DNA of 45,804 nt, filler included, from Catajapyx aquilonaris (taxonomy: Eukaryota): assembly GCA_000934665.2 (NCBI GenBank). It is 2 parts of 2 records of this genome, joined end to end, with 100 filler letters (N's around TTAATTAATTAA, not from the genome) between each part and the next. Parts side by side here need not be neighbours in the genome. Positions count along the whole stretch, not along the records: positions 23,021 to 45,804 come from KZ539421.1; 1 more part is not named here. One strand, written 5' to 3'. Numbering within the stretch: the stretch's first letter is position 1; each line of letters opens with the position of its first letter. Below, piece by piece: positions 24,406-36,574 of the stretch. The position numbers and the translations under genes are program-made. The notes under the pieces were generated by a model. That model did no database searches. It was not told the origin of the DNA and was given only the letters and a program-made list of their open reading frames with translations.

Positions 24406-25529
24406 TAATACCGTAGTAACCGCAGTAACCACCAGACATACACGTAGCAACCAACTACTAGAACATCCCTCTCATCATTCCATCCATTCTGCAACTCCAT
24501 CATCGTGGGAAGTGATGATAACAAAGCGCATTCTCAAAATAATATCCCCTCAGCCCGCTTATTCCCATGCCATGCATTAGTAAGCATGCACACCCGTCAC
24601 TAGGTCGCCCAGCATCAATCACTACCTGTAAATAGTGGCAACAATAGAAAGAACGCCAAGCACTCTCCATATGCCGATGTCCGAACACGCCCGGTTGCCA
24701 GGTAACGCCAAAGCCATTGTTTGCATTTATGATATGCTATTTTGTCCGGGACTGTACAGTACCACATTATTTTGATGGGCCAATTGGGGGACAGATATTT
24801 TGTATCTTTGTCCCAAAGCAGCACGTGACGTGTAGGTCACAGTGGTCAACATGCGGAGTTTTTCAGAACCAACTAATCAAGCCCGTTCCATTGGTACCAC
24901 ATTATTTTGATGGACCTTATGAGGGAACGGTAGACTGCCCTTTGACCCAATGTAGCGGGTGACCTGATGATTTTCAGGTCTTGGTGCAATGTTAAGAATT
25001 GATTACCATCTTATTTTCTACAACATATAACAAATTGGGAGAATTTAGCCGAAAGCCATTTCCCATAAGGATGGTGCAGTGTCCTTTGGAGTGTTGGAAA
25101 CTGATTACTGGTTGCAAATCTCCCGCGTTCGAAAAGCCTGGAATGTATATTGTTGGTTTTCCAGTTGTGCCAACTGGCAGGTGGTTTACAGTCAGTCTGC
25201 AGTCAGTAAAGATTGAGTTGGCACAACACGCAACCAACAATACAATCCAAATACACTGTACTCCCAATTATCCGTGCATCGCCATAATATAAACATTAAG
25301 TCCGAAAAAAATGTGTCGAATTTTTGTCCCACTGCTAGATATTGTATACTGCTAACTTAGCAGTTCCAGTGCCAACACTGGTACTGCAAAGTTAGCAGTG
25401 GTACGGAAATTTCACCCAACCAATATCAATATATCTCACCAACGATAAAACATAGCATACTTTTTCTTGAAGGCAAAGTAAAGCTCTATGGTACGTATTA
25501 TTTTTTGGAAGCAGCATGCTCTTCGTGCA

Positions 25530-26806
25530 AGCCCTCTGATTGGTCCGCCGCATATTGTTGTTACCCCACGCTTCCTATTGGCCCCCGTCTATTGTTACTG
25601 CGATGTATAGTTACCATGACGCTTCCAATTGGCCCCAGTTCCAAGAATGTGCAATGGGGGCAGGAACCTCTCAGTTGTCAGCTGACTGCCAATAAGTTAA
25701 CACAGGTCAACTCTCCCGGTCACCTTGACCCTTCCCCCTGTTCCATCCACACCCATCCTGATTCGGTCACTGGGTCGTATGTGCGGGTGTAGAAATGCAT
25801 GGCCTTTCGAATATTACTATAATATTGATTGGACTGCTTTAGAACTAATGGCCTAGCTACGATTTGAATGTGGCAGTTTCCTTTTCCACCTCCCGTTCAA
25901 TTCGCTGGTAGAATCACTAATTTGACACTGCACCGAAAGACATTGAGTGTGGGAAGGTGGCTCGAAGACCGTACTTCCCACCTGTGAAAGCATTGCGCTG
26001 ATTTAGAATTTCCTGTGTCCTTACACTGGTGATCCAAAGCAGAGGAGTCATTATTGCCTATCTTTACAGCCTTGGAAGGTTTCACACGCGTTCTAATGTG
26101 GGGAGGTAGGAGAGGGAGGGGGTGNGGGTTGCATCCTGTCAACGCAGGGGCAACAATAACTGCCTTCTATGGTTGCACAGAAACCAGATGGGAGGATGCA
26201 GGGGAGTTTGTGGATGGTTGTTGGATGGGCATCATCACTGGATAAGTCCGAATCGATTAGGCACAACATGGTCTCTGTCGCAGGCCAAGAAAAGACAAGA
26301 AAAGCACGAGCAAAGCGAGTAATTTTGTAGGCCTGCGCCCTAGAAAAATGCGAGCAAAGAGAGGGTTTTTCTAGTCTATAATATTAAAATGCTTGAGTTT
26401 GGGGGCCGAGCCCTCTGATTGGTCCGCCTTGTATATTGTTACTGCCACCTCCCCATTGGTCCACGTTCCACTCAGGCCCCATGGGGTGTAAACAACTCCT
26501 CTGGTGAGTTGCCAGGGAAACTGTCCATTACTTCTCTGTATTGTTGCCCAGTTTGCACTACTGCGAAGTTGTTTACAGAGTCAGTTCCCTTTATGGAACG
26601 ACAGACACAGGACAGACATGTTCTCATTAATCGGATCGTTCGAAGACTGCCGGAGGGCTAACGTTACACTCTCCACCCTGCGCCCCCGGTGATATGGTGC
26701 GCTGAATAGGTACCCCAGGCCACAGGCCCAGAAAAGAGCGAGCGAAGCGAGTGGTTTTCTCAACCTGCACCCTAGGAAAATGCGAGCGGAGCGAGGGTTT
26801 TCCTAG
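25530..26806 (+). mobile_element. Two head-to-tail non-autonomous Helitron-like elements
   Basis: Both share GCCCTCTGATTGGTCCGCC..TATTGTT near their 5' ends (25531, 26410). Both end in GCGAGC(A/G)(A/G)AG.GAGGGTTTT.CTAG (26374, 26806). The second starts TCTATAATATTAAAAT at 26375 and ends CTAG|T. The left boundary of the first copy is approximate. Confidence 0.6.
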
Positions 26807-27281
26807 TGTGGATTTTAAAATGCTGGCATATACAAGCAATGCATGCACCATACCCATACAAAGATTGTCAAGTAGAATCTAAAACCTCTTTGCAGTGTCG
26901 TATATGCCATGCAGTGTTCTTGCAGACATGGGGTTGTGAAAAACTTACTAGAAGCAAACACTGTGCTTTCACATAGCTACCACTGATTCACAATGCAAAA
27001 CATTTTGAATCTGTGTGCAGAATGTATCCAGGATACCATTCATGAATGTGGCAATATTTCGTGGGCTCCCGCTCTTCTTCTTGCAATGATGAACATGGTT
27101 TTGCAACTGGCCTACTCATACCATGAACCGTCATTTGAATTTGGTCTTGATTTGCCCTCGCATTTTCACAGAATCCCTTGCGACTTCACTGTTGATCCTA
27201 AATGTTCCTTTTACTACAAAAGGAGTCCTTCAAATTACATGATCAAGAGAAGTTACAATTCACTGTCCTCACATCACATGA

Positions 27282-27576
27282 GGTGAATTCGTTTATGGCT
27301 GAGTGTAGCAATAGTGTAGCTCCAGAGAGAGTTCTGCATTCGTTTATGACGAAGCTGCTCTAAAGGGGCGGGGCTTGGCGTAGCACTGCATTCGTTTATC
27401 CCAGTGCAAGGGTCGGGTGTAGCGCGAGTGTAGCTCTGGCCTGCACGCTCGTTCGGGAGGGTACAAGTGGTGTAGCAGTGGGTGTAGCTCCTCTTCCACT
27501 GTGACGTTTCACACACGTGACCAGGCTGCGCTAGAGCTACACTCCAGTGCTACACTCAGCCGTAAACGAATTGACC
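27282..27576. mobile_element. MITE, probably PIF/Harbinger-like
   Basis: TIR GGTGAATTCGTTTATGGCTGAGTGTAGCA / TGCTACACTCAGCCGTAAACGAATTGACC with internal GTGTAGC repeats. TSD unclear. Confidence 0.7.
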
Positions 27577-28334
27577 TATGATGTGGTGGAAAAAGGTGGT
27601 AACCCTAATTTTTGTCATTTTTGACCTAAAACCTAGCAACTATGTAAAAGACATGACGAACAGTCTGGTATATGCCAAGTTCACGTATCATGCACGAGAT
27701 GGCCACATGGACTAGATGAAAACTCGCATTCCTTACGATCTGTGAAGAGAATGCAAACTTCAATTCGCTCTCACGAAAAATTACACTGTTGTGAGTTTTT
27801 CCACCACACCCCACATGTGTGCAGAGAGAATTGGCATCTTCCTTTGATTGTCCAGTTTCACCTTCTTTCCACTCTCATCTGGCTTGACATCTTCAATGAC
27901 CCTTCAGTATATCCTTGCCTTGTGAAAGGCCCTCAAATTTAACTCTGTTGTCAATGTCACATTGCATCCATCCCACTACATCAGGGCTTCCCAATCGTTT
28001 TCGTTGGCGACCCCAGAACATCATCTCGTAAAATTCACGACCCCTACTTCCAATCCCCCCCCTGCACTACACTGTTACATCATTTATGTACTTTCCCTTA
28101 AAGTCCAAAAAAATCATGTTGCACGGAATAACCACAACTGATGCATCATTAATTCAATAATCATACTAACCATTTTGAAATGGGCTTAAATTTCCATTCG
28201 ACGAGGTCACTCTGCCTTCATGTACCTGGTACTTCCTAACCGGCGGAGGTGGATCCTGAAAAATTCCAGACAAAAGCAAGGGTTAACATGATGAATTTCA
28301 TCACATCCCCCTACACCTCCCAATATACTCCTAA

Positions 28335-28482
28335 TAATGTCCGGAAAATGAGAGGACGATCTGACGTCATCGTTCCTTCCATTGTTGCCTTTTGTTGACC
28401 CCGTTTACTCACATTGTTCTGTGAGGGTATTTCCATGGGTACCTCGATGACGTCAGATCGTCCTCTCATTTTCCGGACATTA
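28335..28482. repeat. Perfect 38-bp inverted repeat with 72-nt spacer (MITE-like)
   Basis: TAATGTCCGGAAAATGAGAGGACGATCTGACGTCATCG (28335-28372) / CGATGACGTCAGATCGTCCTCTCATTTTCCGGACATTA (28445-28482). Confidence 0.8.
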
Positions 28483-29997
28483 GTGTGTAAATACATGAGC
28501 AGCGTCTTTCTGGCTGCCACAACCCGGTCACAGCCATAGTTTACAGGCAACAAATAGATAACCCAACCCTAACCACTCTTGGGATCTTAGGCGGAAGGCA
28601 ACGCATTATGGGCGTGGGAGTGATTTTAAATCCTGAAGGCAGATTCTTAATAGCAGAGAAGCAACCCTGGGAAACCCCAGCCCTGATCATCCCTACAAGT
28701 GTGCTTCATCCCATAGTTTGACCTGAGTAAACGCATATATTACCAGTTTCTTCCACCTCTGGCCTTTGCCAAGTTTCTGGCCCATGGCTGCACATCCACC
28801 GCAGAGAACACAGCGAAGCGAGCGAGAGAGAGAAAGAAAGAGGGTCACCCGCGCGCCCTTTTTGCCCCCTTCCTTGTTCGGTACTTCGGTTCGGTTGTTC
28901 TCTTTCTTCTCTCCTAATCTGACCACGCCACCCTCCAGGCCTCTCCCTCTTCCCCCCTCAGGCTCTGACAAAAGGCGCCAAAACGGCTGTGCCATCTCAG
29001 CCAGTTTATAACTGCCACGTTTTAGTGATCAAGACATTTTACTGACGGGTCAGGGGTCACCTTACTGTGCACACTAATTTGCATTGGAATAATTAGTGTC
29101 GCGCACATACATGCTGTGCAATGCATGATTCCGTTTTCAGCATCAGCCTGGCCACGGATCGGGTACACTCAGGTTATCGCGTCGCAGTTACATGGACTCT
29201 GCTGATAGCAGCTACTCCGGGCCCAATCGCGTTGGTAAATTGAATGCACCGACAATGCTTTTCGAGGTCTCCCTGAGAGAGAGCGAGAGAGGGAAAAAAA
29301 AACAAAAAACATTATGCCCAATGGAACATGCATTGTGCATAGGAAACGTGTGCAAATGTGGAGATGTCCCGATTTAAATCGCTGCAAGTCAGTCGCCGCT
29401 GTTTTTCACAGCTACTTCATAACAACCCCATCGCCCGTAGGGACTGGCGCAGTTCCCATTTCAGCTCCAGCCTGGCCAGCATAATTTACACCGGCTCGCA
29501 CTGGCTGCAAAACGAGTAATGACTAATGACTCATCTTTTCCAAGGCCACACGCACGATGCACCAATCCAATACGGCCACAACTCATTAACCAGACAACAC
29601 TGTTGCCATTCTTCCGATCGAATGCCGAGCACCACCGTAGATTCCTAATTAAGTTTCTCCAGGGAAGAAAATTACGCCGGCAAGAGGCAGTTTATTTATG
29701 CAACGGAGGCCTCAACTAAATTCCGAAAAGGTCCAGCTATATTTTGTCAATATTGTAAATGATGACCATAAGCTTTTCAGGCCCCTTCAATCCAATGGTT
29801 CCTGGAGCCGATTCAGTGATGCTGCACATGATGACGTAATAAATCGCCTGAATATGAATCTTTAATCCTTTATTCCATATAAGGAGCGTCGCAATTTAAA
29901 GCGAAGTAAAATATCTTAACATCCAAATCCTTCCAGTTTGTACAACCCGATATATCGGCCAATGATAAGATAGAACAACATATATCGTACGTTATCT

Positions 29998-32065
29998 CTA
30001 CAGCTCCTGCGCCAGAGTATCTCGTCGCCATTCAAATCCTCCCCAATAATCAGCTCTCCGCCAATCAGGGTCTGCCTGCCCAGACTTGAGCTGAAATAGG
30101 CAACCACAGTGCCGCCACCTTCAGTCCATCGCACCAACCATGCTGCTGGCCGGGCAACACCACCTGCTGGGGGGCACCCATGTGCAATCGAGACCTTGCC
30201 CATGTGCCTCCACCTCACCCGGGGGCACACTTTCCCACGTGCGACAAGTGTCCCACCCCCATCAATTCATCCTGGCAATCAGCCAGCCGCGTTGATTACC
30301 TGGCATATCTGGTCCGCAATGAAACCGACATGGACCACTGGCACCCCGGCTCGCCGCAGCCTCCTCAGCAGATACTCCGTCACCTCGTGGTACGGTCTGC
30401 TGCGGAGGTCCACTATCGCCACGGTGTACGACCTCTTCGGTTGGTCCACAGTCCACACCCTGGCTCCTCCAGCCTCAAGGATCCTGGAAGAACGACCTTC
30501 ACATGAGGAGCTACCTAGGTGGTTGCCTATATGGCAACTCTGGCTTCTTCGCAGATCTATTATAGGAGCTCAGTAATTCGTCAAATCGATAAACCACAGG
30601 CACATACACCGTGCGAAACAATCGGAAACAATCCTTCAAAACACACATTATCTGAGTCACGACTGATTCAGACCTGGGCACTCTTTGCACCTGCTTATCT
30701 CACAGTCAGTGGTAGCTACCATTTCTGGAACACCCACCGCATCTGGCTGACACCTGATAGTTATGCTTCATTGCCCTCTATTACAACGGTCCGGTCCCCC
30801 ACATGTGTTTAGGTACCTTTTCCAGGCCGCTCCCTTCCGAGGGTCTTGCACAATCAGGAGGATCTTCCACATGGCGAACACACCTGTCTTCCGCACCAGG
30901 GACAACTCACGGCATCTTCTAGGAGCATTCAGAGTTCCCGATTTGAGCAAGTCCAACTCCTCCACTGTTGCGTTCTCTGATGAGAACTCAAACCAGTGTT
31001 CTGGTAGCCAGTATCCGACTGCCGCACTTTGGGTGATGAAACCATCCCTTAGGACCCACTTGCCTGTACAGAAAGAATGAGGTACTACAGATCAACAACA
31101 TAATGTTGTGAGTGTATCTTACCTGCGGCCAAAGCTGCCAGTATTTTCTCAGTCCTTCGTAATGTCTTGGCGACGACGTGCGTGCACGTGTCGTCATATG
31201 TTTCAGTCTCTAGGCAGGTACCTTTCAGTTTAGCCATTCCTATGGCCAGTTTGGCCCTTTCTTGAGGTAAGAAGTCAGTCAGGAGTATCTTGTACGGCTG
31301 AAAGAGAGTCGCCAGTAGGGTCGTATTAGTATGCTGTTTTTATCACGTGTTATCAATCAACTACAAGGTCGTAACTCCAGAATATTTCTGAACTCGACGT
31401 CATAAATTCGATGTTTGTCAACTTACACGCTGTACAACTGTACATGTTGAACTGCCTCTACATACACAAATAACACAATGATGAATAGCACGTGTCGGAT
31501 TATGCTCGCATAAATGGAGTGGCAGTGACTCTAAAGGAATTCAGGTGTTGACAAAATTACGCTAAAGGTATGTAACCGCTGATTCTGACAATAGTCGCGG
31601 TTAGTTCCAGTCTTCTGTACTGTACCTTTGAATTCCTATCACACTCGCTAAGTTTCTGTAGTCTGACAGCATATCTATACTCGTATAGGAAACATGAAAT
31701 AACAAAGCCAGCCAGCTGGCTATCTTCTCTTTATCATGCCATTTGTGCAAAGTGCATTCATTTAAATATTCCTCAATAGATTATTTGCACTTTTGATGGG
31801 TGGTATCTGGCAACAGTGCCACACGCTCTTATAAGTAGAAAAGCGAACTCAGAGGTCCAGGTATGCAATTGAGAAATCATATTATGCACTGTAAAAACGG
31901 ACATACTGCGCTTGCCATAAATACCAGCATATGATTCAACAGCATACTATGAGCCAGAGCATCATAAAATAGTAATTGTTATTGTACAAATAGACTGCTA
32001 AATGTTTAGTTCGGCTAAAAATATTTGTCAAGCAATGATATTTAACTTACCTCAGGCCCTGACAT
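29998..32065 (-). CDS. Stand-alone tandem BRCT-domain protein (~237 aa), SLF1/ANKRD32 N-terminus- or TOPBP1 BRCT7-8-like
   Basis: Exons 32065-32051 (MSGPE), 31297-31123, 31063-30817, 30483-30300 and 30090-29998 are all GT-AG and phase-consistent. Product: PYKILLTDFLPQERAKL...DTCTHVVAKTLRRTEKILAALAAGKWVLRDGFITQSAAVGYWLPEHWFEF...NAPRRCRE...GVFAMWKILLIVQDPRKGAAWKRILEAGGARV...PVVHVGFIADQICQ. The first and last exons are less certain than the middle three. Confidence 0.85.
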
Positions 32066-33916
32066 GTTCAATGCCAATCTAGGGAAATTCTAAATTTATC
32101 ATGTGAGATTCACATAATTCGTTTTTATGGACTTGTAAACTTTGCAGAGATAAAAAAATAGTAACATAACAGCCTCGTGACCAATAATGGTCTGGCAAGG
32201 TCCGGTGCAGGTGGTAAATTGGAGTACACATGCAGGCTTACCATGTGTATCGTACACGTATTCTTATTAAACAATTCAGCATGCTAACACTGACAGCAAA
32301 TGACGCGGGAAGATGCAACATGATTATATTGTGATTTTTTTTAAATGCACAGTACTGTAGTAGTAAACTGTTCAGATTTTACAAAATTTCATCTCTCAAT
32401 TTGACAATACTTTAAAAGCGTTGTGGTGATCTTTCACGCCTCACTGACATTCTCAAGACGAGCAGTACACAAACCCCCAGTTATTCCCGCACTAATGCGA
32501 TAATGTTGAAAATTTCTTTATGCAACAACAACAATAACAATAAACAGGACTCTGCCACAACACTCATACAGTTGACTCAGGATATAACAGACTTCAAGGG
32601 ACCGCGGAATAAGTATGTTATAACCGAGGTCTGTTATAATTATGCATAGATGCCTGAGAACCAAGGTCAGCCCTGTGACCCAGCACAAAGGCTTAAGATT
32701 CCTAGATACATTAAACAGAGCACATGTGTGCTTCAACCTTGAGATGGAAAACTTGCGAGAAGGAAGCTTAGATCAGTGACAGATGGAAAAATCACCCCAG
32801 ATCCAGCGCCTTCCTCGCTTAGGAAAAGACGAGTAATCAAAAGCAGCATATTTTCCCACCTCGCCTCGAGGGACCACGAAATAGTCCGTTATAGCCGAGG
32901 TGATGTGCAAAATGAGTCTTATATCCGAATTAATAACAACACATCAACCACCACGTGTACGGACTATGGATCAGCGGAGGGCCTTGAAAATTATTCCCAA
33001 TTATTATGTCGTACTTATGCGTCCACAGTTTGGGCTCTAAATCATTTAGATAAGAAGTAAGTGGTTTTTAACGTCTTCCTGAAGAAGTTCTTTGCAAAGA
33101 TCTACTGGGACCGCAGGTTATTGTCTGCGATTGGAGCTCAAGACTCTGGAACCAATAACTCTGTTACATTCATTAATATAAGAAGCTTAAAGTGCGTGTA
33201 ATGACAGCGCGCGGGTGTAACCAAGCGACATCACAAGTCATTCATCGCACGCCATCTTCCTCATCCTTTGTCACAGTGTCCACAACTTCATATATTTGGA
33301 ATGACCTGTCAGCACAAGCCATTATTAGTGATCCTGGGAACATGCGCCTAGTCACAGGTCGTTCCTTTGATGTCAGTCAGTCACTATGCCAGACTGAATT
33401 TTCCTGTTAGCTGATCTTGGCAATGAAAACAAGCACAATTCTGAGCACGCAGATAAGCTTCAGTGCCAAACGTGTCCATATTTAATATCGGATTTTCCGT
33501 GGTAATGTCTGAATAATTATCATTAATAATGCATACCACTTCGCGACAGCTCTCAAGTTGCAGATCATAATCAAATGTTCATAAATAAAGTTATAAGCCA
33601 AGCGGATCAATGGTCACTTCACAAGCAACGTGCATTGTGCAGCATGACATCAGCTGTGTGTAATTGTGTTGCCAATGTGTACAACCGTGAATGGGCCACG
33701 TATTGTAAAGGTGGAAATGTGGTATCAGGATTGGTTAAGACGTCAGCCTGGCTCATTCCTATTGGCTGATCACTTGGTGTTTGTCACTTTCCCATTCAAA
33801 CTAAACTAAACTGTGGAAGCATGCGCAAATGAGCCGTACGTGTACGCAGCATGTGTCCACCAAGTACCGAACATGAGATATTGAAATGGCAAAGTCACCT
33901 AATAATACGCTTGTAA

Positions 33917-34068
33917 AGGCCATTTCACAAAAAAAAATGTCGCGCGGCAAACGGCGCGACTTGCGGCAAATTTTATTGTTGCCAACAATTGGCAGCAATA
34001 AATAAAAATAAAAATTTGCCGCAAGTCGCGCCGCTTGCCGCGCGACATTTTTTTTTGTGAAATGGCCT
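33917..34068. mobile_element. PIF/Harbinger-type MITE (near-perfect hairpin)
   Basis: AGGCCATTTCACAAAAAAAAATGTCGCGCGGCAA...TTGCCGCGCGACATTTTTTTTTGTGAAATGGCCT. TAA TSD (33914-33916, 34069-34071). Confidence 0.85.
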
Positions 34069-35004
34069 TAACTTGTCAGCAAAAGACCGTTTAGAATTCG
34101 ATACATTGTCTAGTGGTTTTGATCGGCCTTGGAAATGCTGTCACCATAATGTGATGGCGTTTCAACTGAAATTATTTTAAAATATGTTCCAAGATAAACA
34201 CTTATCCTTGGAGGACCCAACACCATCATATAGCCCATAAAAGATATATAATCAGGGACATAGTGTGACTTCTGCTGCTGGTACTACAATATATTTTCTG
34301 GACAATTCCAAGGTACTTCAATGGTCCAACTGGTCCAACTAATGAAAAAAAAAAGAACTCCACTATTTTCTTTGACTATTTGAGTGAAAATCGATCTAAT
34401 GTGTTGCACTGACAATAGAGCAGTCATTTTTCGAAATTACCAGCACAAAACTTACTTTCGTTACATGGTCTGTCGCTGATAATAATCAGACCGCATTAAT
34501 TTTGTATATGAGATCTATTCAAAAGTTTCGGGTATATAACTACATAACTACATACCGGTATATTAGGAGTTATGTAAGTACAGAGTGGCAAAAAGCCACT
34601 GCCCGTACCATGTTTTTAAAAAAATCATAGGGCATTATTGTTAAACTGTTTCACATCCCTTGAGGCCAGCAGCTTAGGAGAAGTATCGCCTGTCCCGCAC
34701 GGTGCACATGACATTTGACGCCACGGTCGCACACCCAAGGTCACCTCTCAAGTGCTTCCTTTCTTCTTGGGACTTTCGACCCTTCCCTAGCAATGTTTCC
34801 CATCTGGCTCCCTTGCACATGTCCACGTCAGAAAAATAGTAACTGCCCCTAAGCACTTGTGGTTTTCCCCAAAACCCAACATTTCGCCCACCCTCCCACA
34901 TTCCAATCACCCAAAAACTGGTTCTGCCACCTGATGGAACTATTTTGGTTGATCCGAAGAGTCAGTATTTGTTGGGGCTGGAAGGTGACACCATTAGAGC
35001 TGGG

Positions 35005-35288
35005 TTCAGTGGGGCTTAACGTCGGCCTATTTCTGCCTCTAAGGCTCATCATCGACGCCAGGGGGTGGTCCTTCTCCTGGAAATTTAGCCACTCTGGGGA
35101 TCTTTAACGTGCACTCGCGCAATGTCACAAGCACACGGGACCGACGGCTTTACTTGCCCTCCGAAGGAAGGAGCACTCTCACTTTTCTGCCACCCGGAGA
35201 AAAGTCACCGACCTCGACCGGGTTCGAACCCACAACCACCTTGGGACCAGAGGCCAGCGCGCTAACCACTAGTCCACCAAGGCCGGCT
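35005..35288 (-). mobile_element. tRNA-derived SINE family C
   Basis: Minus strand: A box TGGTGGACTAGTGGTTAGC, B box GGTTCGAACCCGG, body with CCTTCCTTCGGAGGGCAAGTAAAGCCGTCGGTCCCGTGT and GTGCACGTTAAAGATCCCC, end GACGTTAAGCCCC. These motifs recall arthropod SINEs. 3' boundary approximate. Confidence 0.75.
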
Positions 35289-36009
35289 CCGTCTACTTAC
35301 CATTCTGTATGGAATTAATTTGCTCGGCAGTCCATACAGATCTATTGGTTCAAAATATTAGTGCCCTTTACGCAGACATTTTTGGTTGATATATTAAAAC
35401 GCCTTCCAAATGTGGCCTAATTTCACACAATATTAGTACAAATTATTCGAGCGTGTTCTGTCGGCTTATACAGTACATGTACAATACATGCAACTGCACA
35501 GAGCTATCACTGAGCATACAATAGTACCGCATCAGTGTGCTTCATAAGTGTGAGAGGAAGCGGGGTATCTACGAGATATGCTATCGGTGTCAACTCGGGC
35601 TATGAATTATATTTGGCCGGTAAGATTTGCATATGAAATTCTGGCAGAAGGTGTCACAATGGTCCAAAAGGCAGAGTCACCTGATACGTACGTTACATAC
35701 TGTATACAGTTCGTTTTTATATCAACTTATATAAAAAAATATTACCCGCTGGCATAAGTACACTATTACCTCACTGCCAACAGTGCCGATAAATAACATG
35801 CAGGTGTAGTAGTTGATATATTAAATTACATGACATGATGTAAGGGACTTTCGATTTCCGTGCTTTATCGCGGCCAGCTGTAATTTATTCATGGAATGAA
35901 AATGTCATCCAGTCACATATGAATCTGACACTCATATTTTCATGACCAAGTGCACTGTTCACATATTCTGTAGGACTTGCAAAAATGCAGTGTTAGAATC
36001 CAAGTCACG

Positions 36010-36274
36010 TTCCTTTCACCTGCGTCGGGAGGGTCTCTGACCTGCACCAAGGAGGTGTCTGGCAACCTAACCTCCTGGGGAACAGCACATGACCCGTTTT
36101 CAGACGTGCACCTTTGCACTCATGTTCCCTCCCCAAAAATCCCCTATGCCTTCCCCATGTCCTTTCATTCTTGCACCGCAGTGAAGAAGAAAAAATAGAA
36201 GATTGAAGAAAATGGTGGTATCCCACCCTCCTTATCAGGACCCATGGTCCTAGCACGGGGTAACGTAAAAAAAA
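36010..36274 (+). mobile_element. SINE family B copy, 5'-truncated
   Basis: Homologous to 20519-20780, ends GGGGTAACGTAAAAAAAA. 13-bp TSD AATCCAAGTCACG (35997-36009, 36275-36287). Confidence 0.85.
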
Positions 36275-36538
36275 AATCCAAGTCACGATTCTGTGGAGGA
36301 AGTGCTTGGTTCTGAACACATCCGTCCTTATCTCGGTGACATCATGTGTCATGAAACCTTACAGTGCCGTCTGTTTCTGTACACACATTGTTATTTAATT
36401 CTCGGCGGGCAATGGTGCTGAAAAAAGGTGGCACAAATATAACTCTTTATCATCTCAGAGTCCAGAACAATGCGATGTACAGCTACTACAGGAGCTGATA
36501 TGTTCATTATTTCATGGTGGTGCTCAGACCACATGAAA

Positions 36539-36574
36539 ACTTTCTTCGCCTGGAGTACTCCAGGCGAAGAAAGT
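36539..36574. repeat. Perfect 36-bp loopless palindrome
   Basis: ACTTTCTTCGCCTGGAGT|ACTCCAGGCGAAGAAAGT. Confidence 0.9.

Noticed and set aside
26880..27975. Decayed coding-like sequence on the minus strand (e.g. GQLQNHVHHCKKKSGSPRNIATFMNGILDTFC), possibly a transposase relic split by the 27282 MITE
   Set aside because: Multiple stops and no motif I can assign with confidence; needs BLASTx.
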